Part shown: positions 1-8,708 of the stretch, one piece after another | Numbering within the stretch: the first letter of the stretch is position 1 | Layout of the letters: the number at the start of each line of letters is the position of its first letter | NCBI GenBank assembly: GCA_044224875.1 | Contig: JBGAJQ010000063.1 | Coordinates: 1 to 29,316 of the forward strand | DNA from: Gemmatimonadaceae bacterium | Lineage (GTDB): Bacteria; Gemmatimonadota; Gemmatimonadetes; Gemmatimonadales; Gemmatimonadaceae | Direction of reading: 5' to 3' | Length of the DNA stretch: 29,316 bases | Program-made: the position numbers and the translations under genes | The notes under the pieces: generated by a model | What the model was told of the DNA's origin: nothing | Databases searched by the model: none | Seen by the model: only the letters and a program-made list of their open reading frames with translations

Positions 1-1014
1 GCCGTGCTGCTCACCACACCATTTGTGCTGGCGTTCGTCCTCCTCCTGTCACGCGCGGACCCCGTCTTCGCCGGCGTGTTCAGGTTGCCGGCGATCGATG
101 TGCAGCGAATCGCATCTCATGTCCTCCTCACTGGGGTGTTTGCGTGGACGTCCGCTGGTTGGCTGCGGGGGTCGCTCCTTGGCGTGGCCTGGCGCGCCAG
201 ACTTCCCGAACGCCTCCCCCTGCGGTTGGGTCGCATGGAGATCACGACGTCGCTGACCGCCGTCATTGCGGTGTTTGGACTGTTCGTCGCGCTGCAGATC
301 CGGTGGCTCTTTGGCGGTGCGGAGGTCGTGCTGGCGACGACGGGCCTCACCGTCGCGGAGTATGCGCGCCGCGGGTTCTTCGAGCTGGTGGCCGTTGCGC
401 TGCTCGTGATGCCGCTGATCCTCGGCACCGGCGCCGCCATCGACGACGAGCGCGTTGCACACTGGCATCGCCAGCTCTCACGCGTGCTGCTCGTATTGCT
501 GGCGGCCATCATTGCGTCGGCCCTGCTTCGCATGCAGCTGTACGTCACCTACTTCGGTCTGTCGACCGATCGGTTCTACGCGACCGTCGTGATGCTTTGG
601 CTCGCGATGGTCTTTGCCGCCATGGCCGTGACGCTCCTGCGCGGCCAAGGGCGCGTGTTTGCTGGCGCAGCGGTCATCGCGGGTTTCGTCACGCTGCTGG
701 TGCTGAATGTCATCGACCCCGAGCGACTGATCGCGCGGGTAAACGTCCAACGGCCATCCGGGGAACGAGGGGTGGACTACACTTATCTCGCCGGCCTCAG
801 TGGTGATGCGGCACCAAGCGTGGTGGAGGCTTTGAAGCTGGCGGCTCCCTCTGCCGATGCCTGCAAGGCGGCCACGGCGCTGCGCACCCGATGGGTACCG
901 CAAGCCGACATCTCGTGGAATCTGGGAGCGTGGAGAGGCCGCCAGTCGGTGGTGGAGGGACTCACAGAGGCCCGCGTGCGGGAGCTGTGCGCCGTCGCGC
1001 CTGCCGCGTCGTAA
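1..1014 (+). CDS. DUF4153/DUF4173-family multi-pass membrane protein (5'-partial)
   Basis: Frame is open from the window edge. Many hydrophobic segments, with motifs AEYARRGFFELV and RMQLYVTYFGLSTDR typical of the family. Confidence 0.8.
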   Translation, partial: AVLLTTPFVLAFVLLLSRADPVFAGVFRLPAIDVQRIASHVLLTGVFAWTSAGWLRGSLLGVAWRARLPERLPLRLGRMEITTSLTAVIAVFGLFVALQIRWLFGGAEVVLATTGLTVAEYARRGFFELVAVALLVMPLILGTGAAIDDERVAHWHRQLSRVLLVLLAAIIASALLRMQLYVTYFGLSTDRFYATVVMLWLAMVFAAMAVTLLRGQGRVFAGAAVIAGFVTLLVLNVIDPERLIARVNVQRPSGERGVDYTYLAGLSGDAAPSVVEALKLAAPSADACKAATALRTRWVPQADISWNLGAWRGRQSVVEGLTEARVRELCAVAPAAS

Positions 1015-1176
1015 GAAGGGGGCCTCCGATGGGTGTCGTGATGGGCCGAGCGGTGAGCTGGATCCTGATGCGAGAAGTTCCGCTCGGCCGCGCCATCTGC
1101 TGGTCGTCGCTTGGGCCAATCATCCTCGGGAGTGCGTCTCGGGTGTCAGCTTCAGCTTCAGGCCCGGCGGCCAGCT

Positions 1177-1530
1177 TCACCTCCCCAGCTCGTACGACGC
1201 CTTAATCCACGCTCGCAGTTCTCGATCCACGTCTTCAGGTGACGCTAACGGAATCTCCAGGTGCCATCGATTCGCCGAGGCCTGCTCCGCTCGACGCACG
1301 CGGCGACTCTTGACCGCTTGTGTGGACTTGAGGGTCAAGACGAGGGACGACTGCCGCACTGCTACCCCTGCGAATGCCTTGGCGCGAACTAGATGGATCG
1401 ACGTCTTCTTGGGATCCTCGACCACCGGCCCCAGACTCCGCGCGGCATCAAGGACGGCGTCATATGTGGATTTCACTGACGCCGATGCTTTGGCGAAGTG
1501 AGTGGCAACAGGATCGGTTCGCGTTGGCAT
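1177..1530 (-). CDS. DUF5655-domain protein
   Basis: 117 aa; LGPVVEDPKKTSIHL...AFAGV...NRWHLEI...DVDRELRAWIKASYE pattern. Confidence 0.75.
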   Translation of the reverse strand: MPTRTDPVATHFAKASASVKSTYDAVLDAARSLGPVVEDPKKTSIHLVRAKAFAGVAVRQSSLVLTLKSTQAVKSRRVRRAEQASANRWHLEIPLASPEDVDRELRAWIKASYELGR

Positions 1531-1580
1531 GAATGAGACGATGGATGGTTCGCTAAACGTCCCCCGCTCGCGCCTTGGGG

Positions 1581-2012
1581 CTACGTCACTCCTGCGGGTG
1601 CGTACCGCATCCTGAATTCAGCGATCGACCCCACGATGAGCTGCCTGAGAACCCGCGCGTCCAGGTCGGCGAGCTGCCGAAAGTACAAGCAGGCCTTGCC
1701 CATCGTGTGCTTGCCGAGTTTGGTGAGCAACGCCTTCTGCTTTGTCGTGTCCGCGTAGATGTAGAGGACGATGTCGCGGCCACGAATCGCGAAGCACGCG
1801 AGCGGGACTTCACCGGTGCGCCCGCTTTCGTAGGTGTAGCGTTGGGCGCCGTACCCGACGATGCTCGGCCCCCACATCTTCGGCGACTGCCTCGTAATGG
1901 ACTTGAGCATCGCCATCAACGTGCGCACGTCGATGCGTTGTTGCGCGTTGGCGCGTGCGGCGATGTAGTCCTTGACGCTCGCGCTCGTGGGCTTGGTCTT
2001 GTTTTCGGACAT
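1581..2012 (-). CDS. DUF1801 (YdhG-like) protein
   Basis: KTKPT..SV, PKMWGPSIVGYG..RYTYESGRTG and LGKHTMGKACLY...LADLD motifs. Confidence 0.85.
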   Translation of the reverse strand: MSENKTKPTSASVKDYIAARANAQQRIDVRTLMAMLKSITRQSPKMWGPSIVGYGAQRYTYESGRTGEVPLACFAIRGRDIVLYIYADTTKQKALLTKLGKHTMGKACLYFRQLADLDARVLRQLIVGSIAEFRMRYAPAGVT

Positions 2013-2148
2013 GGGACCACTCGGTGATGTCTGGGATCATTCGAGCTCATCCGCGAGCCGCTCAATTGAGCGCGTATCACGAACAATGTCCACGGTGCGG
2101 CATGTTCTGCGCCGTATGTCTCTGTCGTCGGTGGTAGTCGATAGGCGT

Positions 2149-2176
2149 CCCCACGACGCCGATCGACGTCGTGGGG
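2149..2176. terminator. GC-rich hairpin, possible terminator downstream of the PRC-barrel gene
   Basis: CCCCACGACG-N8-CGTCGTGGGG, a perfect 10-bp stem. No clear U-tract. Confidence 0.4.
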
Positions 2177-2241
2177 CAGGTCGTCCTAGCTGCAAGATCA
2201 ACCGGAGGCTTTTCCGCTGAGTCGCCGGGCCACGGAGCGGC

Positions 2242-2802
2242 TCAGGCTTTCTTCCGACTCTTCGTGCCTGAGGTCGGGGTGCGTGGTGCCATGAAGAATT
2301 CCGTGTCGTAGACGTCACTGTCGTACAAAGAGCGTTCGGGATGGACGGCCCGACCGAACCACTTGACGAGCGTCAGCTCGAATTCACGCGTCACGGTCGG
2401 CGCGGTGACCTTGGGCATCTCCTGGACGTTGGCGCGGTTGAGCGTGGGAAGCACCACCACATCTTGCGTGGCATGCAGTTGGGCGCGCCCGAAGGGAATC
2501 AGGGCGTGTGAGACCGTCTGCGTCACGCCCGGCGTGGTGCCGTCTGTCGTCATGGCGGGGTCAATCCGAACGTCCAGGTAGCGCGGTTCGCGGGCCGAGC
2601 CGTCGAGGAAGATTCGATCGACGGTCCCGACCAGGGAGCCGTCCGTCAGCTGCACCCTCCACCCCCTGACGTCCTTGACGGTGGAGAGCGAGACGTTGGG
2701 GAGATCCCGCAAGGCGACGATGGGCGCGGCCGGCGATCGAGCGGCCGTGGGAGTCGCGTCCGGTTGGGTGGTCGTCGTCGGTTTCAGGTTGGGATGGTTC
2801 AT
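2242..2802 (-). CDS. PRC-barrel domain protein
   Basis: DVRGWRVQLTDGSLVGTVDRIFLD...PRYLDV...ALIPFGRAQL is a PRC-barrel signature. Start placed at MNHPNL (2802) because the upstream in-frame extension is Arg-rich and not protein-like. Confidence 0.8.
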   Translation of the reverse strand: MNHPNLKPTTTTQPDATPTAARSPAAPIVALRDLPNVSLSTVKDVRGWRVQLTDGSLVGTVDRIFLDGSAREPRYLDVRIDPAMTTDGTTPGVTQTVSHALIPFGRAQLHATQDVVVLPTLNRANVQEMPKVTAPTVTREFELTLVKWFGRAVHPERSLYDSDVYDTEFFMAPRTPTSGTKSRKKA

Positions 2803-3084
2803 GGCAGGCCCCCAGGAAGAATGAGTCAGGAGAGCGCGCGTGTGGATCATACGCACGCATCCGAAAGGGCGGCACGCCAGGCCAGCGGTGGTGTGCGAGG
2901 TGCACCAACGTGGCGACCGAGTCCATGTCGCGCGTCGGAACACGCCGCCGGTGAGGCGCCGGCTCCGCAGGCGACGGCGGGTGGTGATGGGCTGCCGTCG
3001 CGTGTCAGGCATTCGAGCCGTACGGCCCCTCGCCGTCGAGGGCGGGCCGACGCGCACGCGTGTCGCTTTCAATCGGTACATCGC

Positions 3085-3113
3085 ATCCTATGCGCGTCCG
3101 ATCACGGAGTCAA
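3085..3113 (-). promoter_or_regulatory. Sigma70-type promoter facing the PRC-barrel gene
   Basis: Minus strand TTGACT-N17-TAGGAT. Confidence 0.5.
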
Positions 3114-3243
3114 CCCATAATCTTGGGCATCCAAGTATCATCGAACGCGACCGAATGATCCTGTGCCGTTTGCGGGTGTATGACGCGGTCTGCTCGATCT
3201 CACCCTTCCACGCGCGTTCCGCCGTCGGCGAAGGAGAAGTGCC

Positions 3244-4905
3244 ATGAGATGCCCCCCTGCACCGCGCACTCAACCGATCCGCACCTTCGGCACCAGCATC
3301 GTGGTTGCCAGCCTTCTCTGTATACCGACCGTTCGCGGGCGTGCCCAAGCCTCAGCGGATACCGCACGGACTTCTCCGAAAGCGCCGGCCGCTGCATCGG
3401 ATCGCTCGCCGCGCGCCGCCGTGCAGGCCTTCCTCACGCTGACTCGCGCCGCACAGTATCGGGACGCATCTCGCTACCTCGACCTCCCGGATTCGCTCGT
3501 CTCGCAGGGCGCCGCGCTCGCGCAACAATTGAAGGCCGTTCTGGATCGGCATGTCTGGTTCGACCTCGACGAGATTTCGCCGCTCGCGACCGGCGATACG
3601 ACCGACGGACTCGCCCCCGCGATCGAACAGCTCGCGATCATCCCAACGAGCGCCGGTCCGCAGCCCGTTCGACTGTCGCGGCGGGAGGGTGCTGCCGACG
3701 ACATCTACTGGGCCTTCTCGCGCGGCACGGTGTTCCGAATTCCCGAGTGGTATGCCGCGCTCGGCGATCATTGGCTGCGAGCGTACCTCCCGCCCGCCCT
3801 GCTTCGGCGGGGACCGTTTGAGCTGCTATGGTGGCAATGGATAGCGCTGGTGCCCCTTGCCATGGTCGCCGCCGCGTTCGGCATCCTGTTCAGTCGACTC
3901 GCGCGCGCCACCGCAGTGCGCTTGGCGCGGCGTACCACGGTCACATGGGACGATGCCCTGGTGGACCGGCTCGGCGCACCGCTCACGCTTGCCGCGAGTG
4001 TCGCGATGGCTGCCCTGCTGGTCCCGGTGTTGGAGCTGTATCGGCCGGCTGAGGTCTGGGCGTTCCGGCTGATCGGTGCCGGCCTGTCGGCGGCCGCCTT
4101 CTGGTCACTCTGGCGCGTGGTCGACGTGTTGCAGTCGATCGTCGCCGGGTCAGCCTGGGCGCGAGCCTCTAGCGCCTCGCGGGCACTCCTGCCCTTGACG
4201 AGTCGCACCGCCAAGGTGGTGTTGCTGGCGATTGCCATGGTCATGCTGCTCTCCACCATTGGCTATCCGGTCGCCAGCCTGGTGGCAGGCCTTGGACTCG
4301 GCGGCCTGGCGTTTGCGCTGGCGGCGCAGAAGACGGTGGAAAATCTGTTCGGCGCGTTCTCCATCGGCGTCGATCAGCCGTTCCGGGAAGGCGATTTTGT
4401 GAAGATCGAGGATTTCGTGGGAAACGTTGAGGCTGTCGGTTTGCGTTCAACACGCTTTCGCACCCTGGACCGCACCATCATCACGATCCCCAACGGCCGC
4501 CTGGCCGATATGCGCCTCGAGTCCTTCACGGCCCGTGATCGCCTCCGTTTGGCCACAGTGATCGGTGTGGTGTATGAGACCACCGCGACACAGATGCGCG
4601 AGGTGCTGGACGGCTTCGAGCGCGTGCTGCGTGCGCATCCCCTGATCTGGCCGGATGCCGTCGTCGTACGCTTTCGCGAGTTCGCCGCGTCATCGCTCGA
4701 CATCGAGATCATGGCGTGGTTCACGACCGCGGACTGGGGAGAGTTTCAGCTGATCCGCCAGAACGTGCTCCTCCAATTCATGGAGGTGGTGGAGGCAGCC
4801 GGGACGTCCTTCGCGTTTCCGACCCAGACGCTCCACCTCGCGTCTGTCCCCAATGGCCATTCACCCGACGAGGCGATATCACGACGCAACTGGCGCACGG
4901 TGTGA
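3244..4905 (+). CDS. Small-conductance mechanosensitive channel (MscS family) with N-terminal exported domain
   Basis: AGLGLGGLAFALAAQKTVENLFG, DQPFREGDFV, VGLRSTRFRT, TIPNG and FAFPTQTL motifs; signal-peptide-like N-terminus; AAGGAG RBS. Confidence 0.92.
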   Translation: MRCPPAPRTQPIRTFGTSIVVASLLCIPTVRGRAQASADTARTSPKAPAAASDRSPRAAVQAFLTLTRAAQYRDASRYLDLPDSLVSQGAALAQQLKAVLDRHVWFDLDEISPLATGDTTDGLAPAIEQLAIIPTSAGPQPVRLSRREGAADDIYWAFSRGTVFRIPEWYAALGDHWLRAYLPPALLRRGPFELLWWQWIALVPLAMVAAAFGILFSRLARATAVRLARRTTVTWDDALVDRLGAPLTLAASVAMAALLVPVLELYRPAEVWAFRLIGAGLSAAAFWSLWRVVDVLQSIVAGSAWARASSASRALLPLTSRTAKVVLLAIAMVMLLSTIGYPVASLVAGLGLGGLAFALAAQKTVENLFGAFSIGVDQPFREGDFVKIEDFVGNVEAVGLRSTRFRTLDRTIITIPNGRLADMRLESFTARDRLRLATVIGVVYETTATQMREVLDGFERVLRAHPLIWPDAVVVRFREFAASSLDIEIMAWFTTADWGEFQLIRQNVLLQFMEVVEAAGTSFAFPTQTLHLASVPNGHSPDEAISRRNWRTV

Positions 4906-4939
4906 CGCACCCCAACGCGCCGACACCAGCGCAGGCTCG

Positions 4940-6154
4940 TCAGGCGCTGGTTGGCACGTCCGGTACCGCGAGGGAGGCCGGGGCGTGCAAATCTTCGAGC
5001 GCGGGAGGAGTCACGCGGAGCACGAATCCTGGCACGAGCGTGTTGATGAGTGTGTACACGATCAACCCACCAAAGAGGATGGGCGACGCCGCGAACTGCT
5101 CCTGCAGGATGTCCGCGATGACCAGCGTAAACACCAGCGTGGGGATGATCGCGATGCCGATGCGCGCGCCGCGCGCCAACGGCTCGCCTAACGTCGCCCG
5201 ACGGTGTATGGCGATGAGCGCGACCCGCAGCGGCACCAGGACGGCCGCCAACACCAGTCCCAGGATCAAGGCACCGACGCTGAAGTCCGTGCGCTCCAGC
5301 GTGGCCCCGGCGTGAAAGAAGTAGAAGGGAACAAAGAACGAGGCGAACACCTCGACGGCGTGTACCATGCGCTCCGACGCGATCGTGGGAATACGTTCGC
5401 GAAAGCGCTGGGCCGTGACCCCGACCACGAACGCCCCGATCAGGTAGTACGCCCCCAGCCGCCGGGTGACCAGGGCGCACAGGACGGCCACCATCAGGAG
5501 AAAGGCAAATTCAGACTTGGGAGCGTACGGCAGGATCGCCGAGGCAAAGAAGCGGAACAGCCATGGCAAGAGCAGGATCATCGTCGCCATCACGAGAAAC
5601 GCAACCGCCACCTGGAGGACGTTTGGTGGTTGCAGGGCGATGAAGAGCGTGGCCAAGGCAACAAGTTCGGTCGCGATGGCTTTTGACTTGATCCATGACG
5701 CCTCGTGCGGCGTCACACCCAAGGAACCGAGCGAGTCGAGGATGAACCCCGTCGACGGCGTGGTGAGCGCCAGGGCGACCAGGACGGCGGATTGGATCGA
5801 CAGCTCAAACACTCCGTGGGCCAGCAACGCGACACATGCCAGGAGGGAGACGCGAACCACCACGTGCTGCGTGAGCATTCGCGAATTCCGCCGGAGCTCC
5901 GAGAACTCCACGTCCAGGCCGGCGAAGAGAAACAACGACACCACCCCAAACGTGGAAAGCAGGTTGATGGTCGCATCGTGCTGGAACACACCGAAGCTCA
6001 TGCCTGCCAGCGCGCCAAGGCCAATGCAGGAAATCGCCGACGGAAGGCGAAACCGCTGGAGAACGCGCGGAAGCACAAACAGCACAAACAGGAGCAGGAT
6101 GTACTGGAGGTCCTCCGAAACAACGATGGGCCACGAAGTCGGGGGTTGCGTCAT
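4940..6154 (-). CDS. Cation:proton antiporter (CPA2/Kef-like), no C-terminal regulatory domain
   Basis: About 12 hydrophobic segments; FGVVSLFLFAGLDVE, ALALTTPSTG and IGAFVVG motifs. Confidence 0.85.
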   Translation of the reverse strand: MTQPPTSWPIVVSEDLQYILLLFVLFVLPRVLQRFRLPSAISCIGLGALAGMSFGVFQHDATINLLSTFGVVSLFLFAGLDVEFSELRRNSRMLTQHVVVRVSLLACVALLAHGVFELSIQSAVLVALALTTPSTGFILDSLGSLGVTPHEASWIKSKAIATELVALATLFIALQPPNVLQVAVAFLVMATMILLLPWLFRFFASAILPYAPKSEFAFLLMVAVLCALVTRRLGAYYLIGAFVVGVTAQRFRERIPTIASERMVHAVEVFASFFVPFYFFHAGATLERTDFSVGALILGLVLAAVLVPLRVALIAIHRRATLGEPLARGARIGIAIIPTLVFTLVIADILQEQFAASPILFGGLIVYTLINTLVPGFVLRVTPPALEDLHAPASLAVPDVPTSA

Positions 6155-6732
6155 GGCGTTCGGTCTGGCTTCTCTCGATCGTCGAAGACTTCACCGTACT
6201 GTGTTAGCGCACAGGTCGGACACAGGCCGTGGCTGAAGTTCGCCTCCGAGTGCGCGGCAATGTAGGCCTCCAGCTGCCGCCAGTTCGCCTCCCCTTCGTA
6301 CACGCGCTTGCAGAACATGCAGACGGTGATGAGCCCTCGCAGGACCTTGATCTCACGCGCCTGACTGGCCGTGCGCCAGACGAGGACGGACAGCAACAAC
6401 AGCACACCGATGCGCACCAACATGTTGGCAATGCCGGTGACCGACGTGGCCGCTGGATCCAACACCCGCTCGAGGTAGAGACGTCCAATGGGGAGCACGA
6501 CCGACAGACCATGCGAGACCAATCGCGCGTCATACCACGCTGCGAAGACGACCGGCAAGACGAACAGGATCGGAAACATCAGGCCTGGACCCGTCAAATA
6601 GTCCAGGACAAGGATCGCAGCCCCAAGGACAATATGCCCCGCGGGGTTCTTGACCTGCCTTCCCAGCATGAGCCGCAACCACGACGGCTGCAAGGAACGC
6701 GAACTTCGCCCCTGGTCTGGTACTCGCGCCAT
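6151..6732 (-). CDS. Membrane protein with C-terminal four-Cys (putative Zn-binding) tail
   Basis: Hydrophobic N-terminal half, then LRGLITVCMFCKRV...W..LEAYI...FSHGLCPTC. Its stop overlaps the antiporter start (ATGA). Start chosen from a GAGGGG RBS and is uncertain. Confidence 0.75.
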   Translation of the reverse strand: MARVPDQGRSSRSLQPSWLRLMLGRQVKNPAGHIVLGAAILVLDYLTGPGLMFPILFVLPVVFAAWYDARLVSHGLSVVLPIGRLYLERVLDPAATSVTGIANMLVRIGVLLLLSVLVWRTASQAREIKVLRGLITVCMFCKRVYEGEANWRQLEAYIAAHSEANFSHGLCPTCALTQYGEVFDDREKPDRTP

Positions 6733-7010
6733 CTCGGACCCCCTCAGCACCCAGCGCTCTCTGATTAGCGACGCCTGCGCCTCGATTGCAGGGCGACATC
6801 GAACACTCGTGGCATGACCTGTCACCGCGATGGCCCAAGCTTAGAATGTCGCGCAATCTGATCTACCGCGCCAGAATTGCGCGGTTCCCTGTGGGTCGTG
6901 GTGCGCGTTTCGCCGAAGATGTCCACCGCGCTGGCAATTCGACGCCGGATGTGCACGGGTTAGAGGCGGTGCTCAGCTGCATCCCGAGCTCAGCCATGGG
7001 CACCACTGTG

Positions 7011-7030
7011 GCAAGGACGCACGTCCTTGC
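7011..7030. promoter_or_regulatory. Palindromic putative operator upstream of the fibre-like gene
   Basis: GCAAGGACG-CA-CGTCCTTGC, perfect 9-bp arms, ending about 60 nt before ATG 7090. Confidence 0.45.
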
Positions 7031-7089
7031 GCAGATCGACCGGACAGCTTCAACCTGCGGGTCGCAATTCCCCTTCAGGAGTTCCCCCC

Positions 7090-8706
7090 ATGGCACAATT
7101 TCCCGGACTGGTCGAAATCCTCGACTCCACGGGCACCATCGTCACCGTATCGGTCGACGGTGACACCGCGAATCTGCTCTTTGGCGGCGCCGGCCAATCA
7201 GGCGACGTGTACATCTTTCGCTCCGATGGCGATCGGGCCGACACCGACACGGCATCCATTCATATAGATGGCGAGGCCGGGGACGTGCGAGCCGGCGGAA
7301 GCGGCGCCGATGGAAGTGTCATGCTCTTTCGCCGTGGCGCCGACCGCACCGATGATGGTGCCTCCACCATTCGCCTGGAAGCCGTCAACGCCAACATCCG
7401 GGTGGGCGGGAACGGCGCCGACGGTGACCTCCTCCTCTTTCGGCGCAACGCCGATCCCTCGAGCCAGGAGAACGCCACGACGCACCTGGATGGACACGAG
7501 GGTTCCCTGCGGTTAGGCACCAACGGTGCCGCCGGAAAGCTCCTGCTCTACCGTGCCGATGGCGACGCCAGCTCCAACGCCTCGGCCATCGTACAACTCG
7601 ATGCCAGTCGCGCGGAACTCACCATGGGCGGGGGCGGTGCGAATGGGAACATCTACCTCTTCGCGCCAGCCGGCACACGCACCGATCATGACACCGCAAC
7701 GATTCACCTACAGGCGAGTGCTGGGGCCATCCGGTTAGGCGGTAATGCCGCCAACGGCGACGTCTTCCTTTATGGCAGTGATGGCGACATGGCGGACGAC
7801 TCCACCATCCGCGGCCACCTGAGTGGCCTCAACGCCGAACTCAAGATGGGAGGGAGCGGACAAGGCGGCGATGTCTACCTCTTCCCCGGTGACGTCTCGC
7901 AGGACAACACCAACCAGGCGTCGGTGCACCTGTCGGGAAGTGGTGGCAACCTCCGCATGGGCGGTAGTGGCATCGACGGCGACATCCTGCTCTTTGGGTC
8001 CACAGACGTCCGCACGAACGACGACACGGCCACCGTGCATCTCGAAGGAGAGACGGCCAACCTCACGATGGGTGGCGGCGGTACGGACGCGGACATCTTC
8101 CTCTTCCCGGCGAACGGAGTTCGCACGAACACGGACACCGCGACCATTCACCTCTCTGCCGCCAGCGGCAACGTGCGCATCGGAGGGAGTGGCCTGGACG
8201 GCGACATATTCCTCTTTCCCGCGAACGGCGATCGTACCGACGACGAGACGGCGACCATCCACCTGGACGCCGACGCCGGGGACATCCTGCTCCGCAATGC
8301 CGACTGCGCTGAGGACTTCGATGTGGCAGATGCCGATCGCACCAGCGCCGGCGTGGTCGTCGTGCTCGATGACGTTGGGCGCGTGACACCATGTTGCGAG
8401 GCCTACGACGGACGAGTGGCCGGAGTGATTTCGGGCGCCGGTGACTATCGCCCCGGTATCGTCCTCGACAAGCGCGCGACAGGCGCCGATCGGCGGCCCG
8501 TCGCGCTGATGGGAAAGGTGTTCTGTCATGTGGACGCCGGGTATGGAGCCGTTCGAGCTGGGGATCTCCTCACCACGTCACCAACGGAAGGACACGCGAT
8601 GAAGGTGACGGATCGCACGCGCGCCTTTGGCGCGGTACTCGGCAAGGCATTGCGGCCCCTGCCCTCGGGTCGCGGGCTCGTTCCTGTGCTCGTCACCCTA
8701 CAGTAG
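7090..8706 (+). CDS. Gly/Asp-rich repeat protein, phage tail-fibre/spike-like, with C-terminal peptidase-G2-like intramolecular chaperone domain
   Basis: AGGAG RBS before MAQFPG. Ten 37-aa repeats. C-terminus ADCAEDF...VAGVISGAG...PVALMGKVFC.VDA...GDLLTTS...GHAM...GAVLGKAL resembles the DxAE autocleaving chaperones of phage appendages. Confidence 0.7.
   Translation: MAQFPGLVEILDSTGTIVTVSVDGDTANLLFGGAGQSGDVYIFRSDGDRADTDTASIHIDGEAGDVRAGGSGADGSVMLFRRGADRTDDGASTIRLEAVNANIRVGGNGADGDLLLFRRNADPSSQENATTHLDGHEGSLRLGTNGAAGKLLLYRADGDASSNASAIVQLDASRAELTMGGGGANGNIYLFAPAGTRTDHDTATIHLQASAGAIRLGGNAANGDVFLYGSDGDMADDSTIRGHLSGLNAELKMGGSGQGGDVYLFPGDVSQDNTNQASVHLSGSGGNLRMGGSGIDGDILLFGSTDVRTNDDTATVHLEGETANLTMGGGGTDADIFLFPANGVRTNTDTATIHLSAASGNVRIGGSGLDGDIFLFPANGDRTDDETATIHLDADAGDILLRNADCAEDFDVADADRTSAGVVVVLDDVGRVTPCCEAYDGRVAGVISGAGDYRPGIVLDKRATGADRRPVALMGKVFCHVDAGYGAVRAGDLLTTSPTEGHAMKVTDRTRAFGAVLGKALRPLPSGRGLVPVLVTLQ
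7201..8298 (+). repeat. Intragenic tandem repeat: ten units of 111 bp (37 aa), last unit partial
   Basis: Units start at 7201, 7312, 7423, 7534, 7645, 7756, 7867, 7978, 8089 and 8200 with no indels. Approximate consensus GDhhLF----R---DTATIHL-----h-hGG-G-D. Confidence 0.9.
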
Positions 8707-8708
8707 CC

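Noticed and set aside
1044..1089. Inverted repeat GGCCGAGCGG/CCGCTCGGCC between convergent genes; considered as an integron attC site
   Set aside because: No RYYYAAC/GTTRRRY ends, no recurrence between other genes, and no integrase. At most a weak terminator.
2852..2895. Resemblance to a c-di-GMP-I (GEMM) riboswitch (…ATCCGAAAGGGCGGCACGCCAGGCC…)
   Set aside because: The conserved GCAAA elements are mismatched, the stem pairs poorly, and it lies about 350 nt from the next same-strand gene. An Infernal search would be needed.
7201..8298. Regular 111-bp periodicity as a possible CRISPR array or other non-coding repeat
   Set aside because: Units are in frame, diverge at synonymous positions, and have no repeat/spacer alternation. 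It is a protein repeat.
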